Position numbers and translations under genes: made by a program
In this document: positions 56,394 through 63,864 of the stretch, piece by piece
Layout of the letters: every line of letters begins with the position of its first letter
How positions within the stretch are numbered: the stretch's first letter is position 1
Notes under the pieces: generated by a model
What the model saw: only the letters and a program-made list of their open reading frames with translations
What the model was told of the DNA's origin: nothing
Databases searched by the model: none
Origin: a virus
Taxonomy: Duplodnaviria > Caudoviricetes
Length of the DNA stretch: 64,000 nucleotides
Virus record (IMG/VR): IMGVR_UViG_3300037501_000111
Coordinates: 192,001-256,000 of that record
Reading direction: 5' to 3' (one strand)

Positions 56394-57770
56394 ATGAGCT
56401 TTGAACAAGATTTTGCTAAGACACCAGCAGGCCCACAGAGAGAAAGATTAGTATACCAAGCAGTAGTCAGCCAGGGTAAACCTACTGATCTATGGCCAGT
56501 TACTGTTAATGGACCTCAGGGCACCAAAATTACGTTCTATATTACAAGAGACTTTTTAAAAGTAGGTAATCAGTATTTACCAATGACTGGCACTACTGCC
56601 CAAATGATCGCTAACAAATTTAACATGTCTCTGCCAACTAATACTATTGCTGATCATGTCTGGTCAGCCGCGCAGGCCGCAGGTTCTGTTGTTAAGGTAG
56701 ATCCTTTGAGTGGTACTGGCTATCGTGGGGAGGGTGGCCAGTGGTATTCTGGCACTGATGTATCCAATAAACGTATTGGTACTACAGATGCCGCTGTAGA
56801 GTTTAGCAATCGAGTTAATCAACAAATAGCACAGAATCCTAATTCCCAAAAAGGTCTTGTGGATATTGGAAGTGGTGGTAAGTGGTTAACGGTTCCACCA
56901 GCTAGTGGCAGTCTTGGTTTACATGGGATTAGACAGCCTGGCGGAATGTTACAAAGTGGCTATGGAACTAAACATCCAAATTATGAAGATCATGTAGAGT
57001 ATGGAACTTATGTTCGTTTAGTTGACAACCGTGTTGATGTACAATATCCTGATGGACGAAAAGAGACGATGTCCATGGACAAGTTTATCAAAAGCCCCTA
57101 TCGCTCCGCATTGTTTATGGAAGGCCAAGATATTCGTGATGGTGGCTTGGCCCAGTACGATGTAAAAAGAGACAGGGCGGGCCTAGCTCGTTTAGATCTT
57201 AAAATACCAACCAAAGACTCGAATGTCCCAGGCTTAGAGCAAATAGATCAATTCCTGGATCAGGCGCTTACTCAGGTGGCTAGTAGAATGAAAGTCTATA
57301 CAGAAATCATGAAGCAAGCTTCTAAAATACAAATTCTACCAAGTATCGGCAAAGACCCCGCAATCAAAGACCTGAGCAAAAACAGTATCCCTGGTCGTCC
57401 TCCAGCAGGTTATAGGCCACTGAAACGTGGCGAGGGTGGTAAAGAGATTGGTCCTATTGCTATGAAAATACTAAATTCATCTGAGCTGGGAGATCAGACT
57501 CCATTCACTATTGATGGTGAATCTTATATGGGTCGTACCGAGCCACATTATCACCCGTCACCTCCTAGTGGAGCTGATCCTACTAAATATCCAAAACCCT
57601 GGGGATGGCATAAGGGTGTAACGGTTTTCAAAGAGATAGAAGGCGGATCTTCCGCGCAAACTTCTAATGTTCAAAGTAGGATGAAATTGCTGCAAAGAGT
57701 ACAAAATACTCCTGCGGAAAGCGAAAGCACTATCGAAAAATTACTCTCAGAAATTGAAAGAGATGTTTAA
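56394..57770 (+). CDS. two-domain hypothetical protein; N-terminal domain paralogous to 55465..56391
   Basis: DFLKVG..LPM...AQ.IA..L vs DYLCIG..VPM...AQ.IA..L; C-terminal domain with EPHYH and WHKGVTVF. Confidence 0.7.
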   Translation: MSFEQDFAKTPAGPQRERLVYQAVVSQGKPTDLWPVTVNGPQGTKITFYITRDFLKVGNQYLPMTGTTAQMIANKFNMSLPTNTIADHVWSAAQAAGSVVKVDPLSGTGYRGEGGQWYSGTDVSNKRIGTTDAAVEFSNRVNQQIAQNPNSQKGLVDIGSGGKWLTVPPASGSLGLHGIRQPGGMLQSGYGTKHPNYEDHVEYGTYVRLVDNRVDVQYPDGRKETMSMDKFIKSPYRSALFMEGQDIRDGGLAQYDVKRDRAGLARLDLKIPTKDSNVPGLEQIDQFLDQALTQVASRMKVYTEIMKQASKIQILPSIGKDPAIKDLSKNSIPGRPPAGYRPLKRGEGGKEIGPIAMKILNSSELGDQTPFTIDGESYMGRTEPHYHPSPPSGADPTKYPKPWGWHKGVTVFKEIEGGSSAQTSNVQSRMKLLQRVQNTPAESESTIEKLLSEIERDV

Positions 57771-57988
57771 GCGCCTTTGATACGGTATACGATACGCCCT
57801 CTACTTAGGTCATATTCAGAGACTTCAATTTTCACTCTATCTCCTAATAGGATGCGAACTGAATTTGTTCTGATCTTACCAGATAAAGTACAAAGAACCG
57901 TGTAATTATCACTTACTTGAACTTTAAACTGTCCCTTATTGGCATCAACAACTTCGCCTTCAAACTCTAATCTATCACGATCGTGCAA
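57767..57988 (-). CDS. infA: translation initiation factor IF-1
   Basis: EFEGEVV..FKVQV..VLCTLSGKIR...RILLGDRVKIEVSEYDLSRGRIVYR; TTG start after AAAGG gives 73 aa. Confidence 0.9.
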   Translation of the reverse strand: MHDRDRLEFEGEVVDANKGQFKVQVSDNYTVLCTLSGKIRTNSVRILLGDRVKIEVSEYDLSRGRIVYRIKGA

Positions 57989-58001
57989 TTTAGTGTACCT
58001 T

Positions 58002-58226
58002 TCATAAAAATACCTTATTGTCAAGGGCTTTACGTAAATCTTTCAAACTGTCAAAAGTGTGTCCCATTACTTTAAATTGTATGGATTCTAATTCGGGTGT
58101 TTGATTATTTCTGTTAGTATAAACAAGTTCAACAAAAATACCATACTCTAACGACATTTCTTGTGCTTTTTCTCTCCAATTTTGAAAATCTTTGGAGGAT
58201 AAGTGTATGTGTTTTGGTATATTCAT
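58002..58226 (-). CDS. small hypothetical protein ending in NKVFL
   Basis: ATGA overlap with the upstream stop gives start 58226 (track start 58328). Confidence 0.6.
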   Translation of the reverse strand: MNIPKHIHLSSKDFQNWREKAQEMSLEYGIFVELVYTNRNNQTPELESIQFKVMGHTFDSLKDLRKALDNKVFL

Positions 58227-58873
58227 AACTTTATAATGTCCGATAGTATTTCGGATTGTTTGTTTAGTTTTGACATAAATGCTGTACTTGCGGGCAAATA
58301 AGATAGCCATGCCTCGGCCGAAATGCAAGGAATTGCGGAATTTTCTTTCTTTCCCAACTGCTGAAAATATTTCACGTCTAAATGATTTGCTATGGTTTTT
58401 AAACTATGTAAACCCATTGTAAGTGGCGAAACTTGTTGCCATTCTTCATACCAGTATAAGTATGAGCGCAGATGCTCATCGATACCAAGGAAATTCACAA
58501 GGCAACAATCTTGGTAAAGATCCTCATCCTTTCCATGAATGAGATGTACCATCTTACTCATCTTTGCAATCTTGTCAAGGGCCAACCCATAATATAAATC
58601 AGTACTAATAATTTTCTTTCTATCCAGGCGGAGATCATTGTGTATGATTTCTAGTCGTTTGTATTTGTTTATTATGAGTGAGTTGCCAAACTCATCAAAC
58701 CACCATTTGTACAACACTATCTTTTCGGTTCGCTCATCAAAAATGTAATCGTAAGGTTTTAAACGACATGACTTAATAATAAACTCCAACTCTGGAACTT
58801 CAGCAAATGAAGTTGCTAGTTTTATATGTTTATCTATTTTGGCATGTAACCATTCGATACTTGGACTTCTCAT
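58223..58873 (-). CDS. hypothetical protein
   Basis: 216-aa ORF coupled by ATGA overlaps on both sides. Confidence 0.65.
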   Translation of the reverse strand: MRSPSIEWLHAKIDKHIKLATSFAEVPELEFIIKSCRLKPYDYIFDERTEKIVLYKWWFDEFGNSLIINKYKRLEIIHNDLRLDRKKIISTDLYYGLALDKIAKMSKMVHLIHGKDEDLYQDCCLVNFLGIDEHLRSYLYWYEEWQQVSPLTMGLHSLKTIANHLDVKYFQQLGKKENSAIPCISAEAWLSYLPASTAFMSKLNKQSEILSDIIKL

Positions 58874-59541
58874 TCTTGGTCTAGTAATAACGCTGGATCT
58901 AATCCTTCATCTGCATCTGGGGCAACGAAAGAATGTATATGTGTTTTAACGAATGGCAAATAATCAATCTTCTTTTCATCTATTAAATTACGATAAAGTA
59001 GGTATGTATTCCTACTATCTACCTTGGCATTGTGGGCCTCAGAAATCTTCTTGATACCAACCATATCACAACAGGCATGAAGTTTTGTACTAACTTTACC
59101 AGTTGCTGTTTTGACGATGTTTAGTTGTGATGTATCATTTTCATCAATAAACTTCTTGGTTAATTGGATGGTGTCCAACCATAAATGAGCTGGGAACTCT
59201 TTACCAGCAGTCTCCCACATGGCATGTAAAAACTTCCTATCAAATGGTGCATTGTGAGCAATAATGCAACGATGTGCTGGAGTCAATCCGTCTTCGGCAA
59301 AAAACTTTTCACATTCAGCCACCACCGCATCGCGATCAAAACCTCGTTCTAAATCAGCCATCGTTTTCTTAGTAATAGCCAAAGCATCAAAATTAGCACG
59401 CTCGGGATATACGCACTTAATTTGTCGCCAAAGTTGGACTCTGTCGGTAACACGGATGATACCAATTTCAGTTATCTCATGATAACCACTTTTTAAACCT
59501 GTTGTTTCTGTGTCAATTACGTAATAGTTTAATCCGGACAT
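58870..59541 (-). CDS. DEDDh 3'-5' exonuclease (second paralogue)
   Basis: VIDTETTG, AHNAPFD, AHNAKVD. Confidence 0.88.
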   Translation of the reverse strand: MSGLNYYVIDTETTGLKSGYHEITEIGIIRVTDRVQLWRQIKCVYPERANFDALAITKKTMADLERGFDRDAVVAECEKFFAEDGLTPAHRCIIAHNAPFDRKFLHAMWETAGKEFPAHLWLDTIQLTKKFIDENDTSQLNIVKTATGKVSTKLHACCDMVGIKKISEAHNAKVDSRNTYLLYRNLIDEKKIDYLPFVKTHIHSFVAPDADEGLDPALLLDQE

Positions 59542-59551
59542 TCTTCCTCAC

Positions 59552-59866
59552 TTACCAAAAAGCTTTATTTCTCATGTAACATTCAAACTCTTGTTGAGTT
59601 TCTACAAATAATTTTGTACCATCAATCCACCACTCCATAGTCCCATCATGTTTTATAACTGCAGGGCCATCTTTATTATGGATTTGCCACCTGTCAAATA
59701 AGCGTGTGGCAGTTCGGTTCTCTTCCTTTATATATACAGTAACATAGTCTTCCCAATCAGGGCCTAATAAAACGGGCATCAAGCCCCTAAGAACACTACC
59801 TAGCCTTAAATCTAGACTTTTATCGTATATATCAATTTCCCCGGCGTGAATATGAACCCTATTCAT
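59552..59866 (-). CDS. hypothetical protein with HxxDGPA repeat unit, ending in NKAFW
   Basis: HNKDGPAVIKHDGTMEWWIDG. Confidence 0.65.
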   Translation of the reverse strand: MNRVHIHAGEIDIYDKSLDLRLGSVLRGLMPVLLGPDWEDYVTVYIKEENRTATRLFDRWQIHNKDGPAVIKHDGTMEWWIDGTKLFVETQQEFECYMRNKAFW

Positions 59867-60360
59867 CTTTTGTGAATTAAAGTAGGTTGCAATATATATA
59901 ATGGAAACATGTTTTTCTTCTTATATTCTTCTTGCAGTGATGCATCAAGATATTGATATCCACTGATCAGCTTCCTGCATTTAAAAGAACCACATTTACA
60001 CTCCATTTTCCATGAATCATGAGTATCAGTAGATGTAGTAGAATAATCAAAAGTAAGTTCTGCGCCGACTGGTATTACATACAACGAGTACAGGAAAGCT
60101 CTATTACCTACAACATGCATTCTGCAATTGGGATCACAAGAATGATTCAAATATTCTGGGACACGATTGCCGGATGGACCGATAAAAGTATTGGGGCCCA
60201 CTTGTAAATAAACATCAAAATCTGCGGTTGACGGAACTTCTCTATCTAATACAATTGGCCCAGTTACTTCTACAACTAATGAGTTTGCAGGAATGGTAAC
60301 TTTAGAAAAAGTACCTTTACCTATTCTAGATTCGCGAACTTCTAAATATTGTGAATACAT
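59863..60360 (-). CDS. SET-domain protein-lysine methyltransferase with post-SET Cys cluster
   Basis: SRIGKGTF (GxG), YLNHSCDPN, ELTFDY, CKCGSFKCR. Confidence 0.9.
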   Translation of the reverse strand: MYSQYLEVRESRIGKGTFSKVTIPANSLVVEVTGPIVLDREVPSTADFDVYLQVGPNTFIGPSGNRVPEYLNHSCDPNCRMHVVGNRAFLYSLYVIPVGAELTFDYSTTSTDTHDSWKMECKCGSFKCRKLISGYQYLDASLQEEYKKKNMFPLYILQPTLIHKR

Positions 60361-60708
60361 TCATCTACCTAACAGGTGTTTCATCCATCTTAGCATAGTA
60401 GTTCCAGCATCATAAACACTGAGTTTTGAGTCTTTTCTTCCGACTAACCTATGTTGTACAGATCTTGGAGAAGCACCTTTGATTAGCTCGGCAGCTTCCT
60501 CTGGAGTCTCTGCTAATACACGGAAAGTTAGGGTGGCTGGTATCATACACTCTACCTTAACATCGTAGTAATGTTTCTCTTTAATAGGAGGACTTTTAGT
60601 ATGAGCTAAAGGCTTCTTAGCCTGTTTAACTACCGGATTAGTTTCAGGTACAATTTGTTTAATGATTTCGTCCACTAATTGTGGATCTTTTTTGTTATTA
60701 TCAGTCAT
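60361..60708 (-). CDS. hypothetical protein
   Basis: 115-aa ORF. Confidence 0.6.
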   Translation of the reverse strand: MTDNNKKDPQLVDEIIKQIVPETNPVVKQAKKPLAHTKSPPIKEKHYYDVKVECMIPATLTFRVLAETPEEAAELIKGASPRSVQHRLVGRKDSKLSVYDAGTTMLRWMKHLLGR

Positions 60709-60721
60709 ACTATTATCTATA

Positions 60722-61648
60722 TCAAAGAACGTCCCTGTTCCTTAAATAATGTTCATAATTAGAAGGATCAACCCCAATCAGCTCATAAAAGCGCTGCATA
60801 AACATATCCTTAGCTTTTTGTTGATCCCAAGCTTCGATAACAAATGGCAGTGGTGCAACTCTTTGTAGCCAATCTTTATGCAAAGGTGCCATTAAATCTC
60901 TTGCTTCCGTAGCTAGAAGTTTAGCATCTGCTTTCTTGACCGAAGGTGGCTCGTCATACGGTAAACCAAAACGTTTACAAATAGCAGTCTGCATTAGAGA
61001 CTCCAACCTAAGATATTCTTCAAAGAAGCCAGATCGTTTCAGAGGGCGAGGGACATCAGTTAAATATGCCTCTGAGGCATCATGCAATAACCCCCACAAA
61101 GCATCTTCTTCATTACAAATATAGCTAACATAAACGCTGTGTTGCGCAACTGAATAGAATTTCTTGATATGCCCAGTGAACCTGCACTGCATAGATAGTG
61201 AATGCGCAATATCTTGAATAACAATGGCATTTGGATTAGGATTAGTTGGACAAAAACGCCTTCCAGAGTATGTTTGAATCCAAGCTGAATCCGGATCATA
61301 TCCAGCAGTTACCCCAGTTCCATTATGAAATATATTAACACTAGGAACTATTACCTCATCATGAAATTTATTAGCAGCAGTAATTGTCTCCTCAACAGTA
61401 GCAGGGCCAACTCTATCTACAAGCTGTTCATAAAATGAATTGGCAGCCCCTATCTGGTCTTCTGTTGCAAGAGGCGGGAATTTAGCATTCTGCATCGAGG
61501 AGGGATCAATAACGTAATTGGGTATACCACTACCCAATAATGTGGTATCAAAGGGATCTATCCTTGGACTATTACTTACTGGTGGAACCGAAGCCGCCGG
61601 CACCTCTGCTGGCACTTCTTTCTTTACAGAGCTTTTCGTATTCTTCAT
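60722..61648 (-). CDS. HD-domain 5'-deoxynucleotidase (YfdR/YfbR-like) with low-complexity N-terminal extension; start uncertain
   Basis: WIQTYSGRRF, DIAHSLS.QCRF.GH..FYSVAQHS, LLHDASEAY..DVPRP, KKAD..LATE.RDL. The track start overlaps dut by 77 nt. Confidence 0.85.
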   Translation of the reverse strand: MKNTKSSVKKEVPAEVPAASVPPVSNSPRIDPFDTTLLGSGIPNYVIDPSSMQNAKFPPLATEDQIGAANSFYEQLVDRVGPATVEETITAANKFHDEVIVPSVNIFHNGTGVTAGYDPDSAWIQTYSGRRFCPTNPNPNAIVIQDIAHSLSMQCRFTGHIKKFYSVAQHSVYVSYICNEEDALWGLLHDASEAYLTDVPRPLKRSGFFEEYLRLESLMQTAICKRFGLPYDEPPSVKKADAKLLATEARDLMAPLHKDWLQRVAPLPFVIEAWDQQKAKDMFMQRFYELIGVDPSNYEHYLRNRDVL

Positions 61649-62120
61649 TGCTTACTCTTTCTACTATCATCTCTTGTCTTTTAATAGGTATGATTTGCCC
61701 AATAGCCTCGCCCTCTTGAATTATAAGGTCTTCGGCAACATACTTAGTAATTACACCGTTAATCTTGTAACCAGATCCATAGGGCTCATCTAATTCTGCT
61801 TCAATTCTCAGAGGAGGAATATATTGACATGCAAAGATACATTGACCTTCGTAGTCTTCGTCTATAACACCATGCAGTGCATGCAGGTTCTTTTTTGCAA
61901 AGGATGATGAGCGAGGTCTTAATTCCATCCACCAGCCTAGCGGACAAAACAATCGAAATCCTAATGGTATTTTAGCGTACTCTCCCGCTCTGATGATTAA
62001 TCTATCTGCAGATCTAACATCCCAGCCAGTAGATTTCTCAGTACCTCTAGTTGGCAAGTATATGTCAGAGAGTCCTTCTTTTATTGCGAATTTGAATTTC
62101 GGAACATTATTTTCTTCCAT
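61572..62120 (-). CDS. dut: trimeric dUTPase
   Basis: STGWDV, LRPRSS, GVIDEDYEG, GQII, RGAGGFGST motifs I-V; extra insert after motif III. Confidence 0.9.
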   Translation of the reverse strand: MEENNVPKFKFAIKEGLSDIYLPTRGTEKSTGWDVRSADRLIIRAGEYAKIPLGFRLFCPLGWWMELRPRSSSFAKKNLHALHGVIDEDYEGQCIFACQYIPPLRIEAELDEPYGSGYKINGVITKYVAEDLIIQEGEAIGQIIPIKRQEMIVERVSNEEYEKLCKERSASRGAGGFGSTSK

Positions 62121-62142
62121 TTTTCCTCACATACTTTCCTTC

Positions 62143-62170
62143 ATTCTAAGAATCAATCAATTTTCGTCAA
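62143..62170 (-). promoter_or_regulatory. sigma-70-like promoter TTGACG-N16-TAGAAT
   Basis: Upstream of the dut operon, followed by a GAGGA RBS. Confidence 0.6.
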
Positions 62171-62192
62171 GTGAATAAAATCCTATATAATT

Positions 62193-62846
62193 ATGTCGGC
62201 CCTACCTCCAGCAATCTTTTTCATTAATGGCGATATCAACTATCCACCAACTCCTCCATATTTTCCTGGGACAGATCCGAATGCCCCAACAAATACTTAT
62301 ACTATTCTGAAGACCCAATTATTTATAAACGACACGATGACTAAGGAAGAATTTGATGCGAGAGTTGAAGCAGATCCAAATTATCCAACCATCGTTCATT
62401 TGCAGGGTTATCGCATTCTAGTAATTGTTCCAAAGTATAATGATGGCCATAACTACATGAACTTACCAAATCTTCAATATGCTGACGTGGTAATGTTTAT
62501 TCATCAGGGGTTGGCTGATATTGAGAAAAACAATTTCGGGCCGCCTTTCCAAGACTTTGAGATTCAAAGAATTAATATGTATCAACTTTTGAGGGCTAAC
62601 AATTCTCCGAACGTGGTTATCCTGCCTTTTTATACTATGCCGCGCTGCAATACTTGTAAATATCCTTTTTATTGTGACCGATGCCATACTTTTTCTGGAA
62701 TTAGAGCCTGCGGAGGATGTGGCTGTGGCTGCCAATGTGGTTGTACCTGTGGGCTAATCGATAATCAGGGTATTAAACAAAGTATAATCTCCGCCCCAAA
62801 TTGTGACAACGAATATTATAATACAGATTTTATCAATAGAAAGTGA
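62193..62846 (+). CDS. hypothetical protein with Cys-rich C-terminal domain
   Basis: CNTC, CDRC, CGGCGCGCQCGCTCG and one further Cys. Confidence 0.7.
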   Translation: MSALPPAIFFINGDINYPPTPPYFPGTDPNAPTNTYTILKTQLFINDTMTKEEFDARVEADPNYPTIVHLQGYRILVIVPKYNDGHNYMNLPNLQYADVVMFIHQGLADIEKNNFGPPFQDFEIQRINMYQLLRANNSPNVVILPFYTMPRCNTCKYPFYCDRCHTFSGIRACGGCGCGCQCGCTCGLIDNQGIKQSIISAPNCDNEYYNTDFINRK

Positions 62847-62902
62847 TTTTCACGGGGCATAATGGTGTATAATAAGTAGTATTTGCGGAAAAGGAACCCA
62901 GA

Positions 62903-63754
62903 ATGTCTAAAGCTGATAAATTACTAAAGAGAGTTGAATTCTACGAGAAAATGGCCTCATCTCAGAAGCCTGAGACTGATGAATTGCTCAATAAAGTTTC
63001 TCTTTTTGAAAGACTAGCATTGTATTCTGATCGTAAATCTTTTCTATCCGCTATTGCACAGGATGGCCCAAGTCAAATTATGCAAACTGAAAACTACATT
63101 CGTGGTGCAGTTAGTGCATTGAGCAGCGCAATCCAAGAATGGATTGGTAGTAGTGCTGAAAGACAGGGAGATATCCCAGGCCGTTTACCAGGTTTACCTA
63201 TTGGTATGAGAGGACCAGTTCAAGTAATTAACAAAGCTGCAAGAGATAATAATTATGACGCAGCTACACTACCATCAATTCGTGAAGCGGCCCGTAGTCT
63301 TGCCGCAGTTGCTAATTTAGGTGATATGAGTGATGATGCTAAAAATGCTTGGATGCAATTAGTCTTTCCAAAAGCTGCACAGCTAATTGACTTAACGGGC
63401 AAGCAAATGAAAAATCTTCAAGACTGGGCCAACCAGTTTGGCCCACAAGATACGCCTCCAGCCGAAATTGGTAGTGGTATACTAACTATTCCAGAAGTTA
63501 CCGTACAGGGAACTCCGCCTCCAAAAGGTTATCCATCAATTAGCAAAGCTGATCAACAAGCTTTACTTAGATTTGTAACAGAAGAAGGATTGGGATTTGT
63601 AAGCCCAGATAAAATGAATGATGGAGTATTAGGACCAGAAACTAGAAAAGCTCTAGAACTCGTCAAAGATTATTTCAAGAAAACATATCCTCAAAATCCA
63701 AGAATGACTGATCCACAAGCTATTACAGCGGCTAAAGTCCCACGTAGAACTTAA
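62903..63754 (+). CDS. hypothetical protein with two N-terminal helical motifs and a C-terminal peptidoglycan-binding-like motif
   Basis: DGVLGPETRKAL matches the DGxxGPxTxxAL pattern of PG_binding_1-type domains. Confidence 0.65.
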   Translation: MSKADKLLKRVEFYEKMASSQKPETDELLNKVSLFERLALYSDRKSFLSAIAQDGPSQIMQTENYIRGAVSALSSAIQEWIGSSAERQGDIPGRLPGLPIGMRGPVQVINKAARDNNYDAATLPSIREAARSLAAVANLGDMSDDAKNAWMQLVFPKAAQLIDLTGKQMKNLQDWANQFGPQDTPPAEIGSGILTIPEVTVQGTPPPKGYPSISKADQQALLRFVTEEGLGFVSPDKMNDGVLGPETRKALELVKDYFKKTYPQNPRMTDPQAITAAKVPRRT

Positions 63755-63825
63755 TTTAGTATTGGGCAGTCACGCAAGCGTCCCTGCCAGGTTGATAAAG
63801 TTCGGCAGATATACACCTTAGACTT

Positions 63826-63864
63826 AAATGACGATGACTAAAAATCATCGTCATTTTTATTTTG
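63826..63864 (+). terminator. Rho-independent terminator
   Basis: Perfect 12-bp stem aaatgacgatga / tcatcgtcattt, 7-nt loop, followed by a T-rich tract. Confidence 0.8.

Noticed and set aside
25762-60360. Eukaryotic or giant-virus origin suggested by SET and E1-FCCH-like domains
   Set aside because: Shine-Dalgarno sites, a sigma-70 factor, DnaB/DnaC, IF-1, GH25 and M23 peptidoglycan hydrolases and operon coupling all indicate a bacteriophage.
54266-62120. 2-aminoadenine (Z-genome) pathway suggested by HD hydrolase plus purine enzyme
   Set aside because: No PurZ/PurA homologue in the window, and the HD protein resembles YfdR-type dNMPases rather than DatZ.
461-63000. Many short antisense or alternate-frame ORFs in the track (e.g. 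10459..12406 minus within nrdJ, 35152..38449 plus within the 1257-aa gene)
   Set aside because: They are fully nested in longer genes with clear motifs, have no RBS or motif support, and are expected as shadows of codon bias.
63480-63515. TonB-box-like IPEVTVQG in 62903..63754
   Set aside because: It is a short internal match that could easily arise by chance, with no supporting context.
63764-63808. GGCAG/CTGCC/GGCAG alternative-pairing element upstream of the terminator (riboswitch-like)
   Set aside because: The stems are only 5 bp, match no riboswitch consensus I recognise, and lie downstream of a gene.
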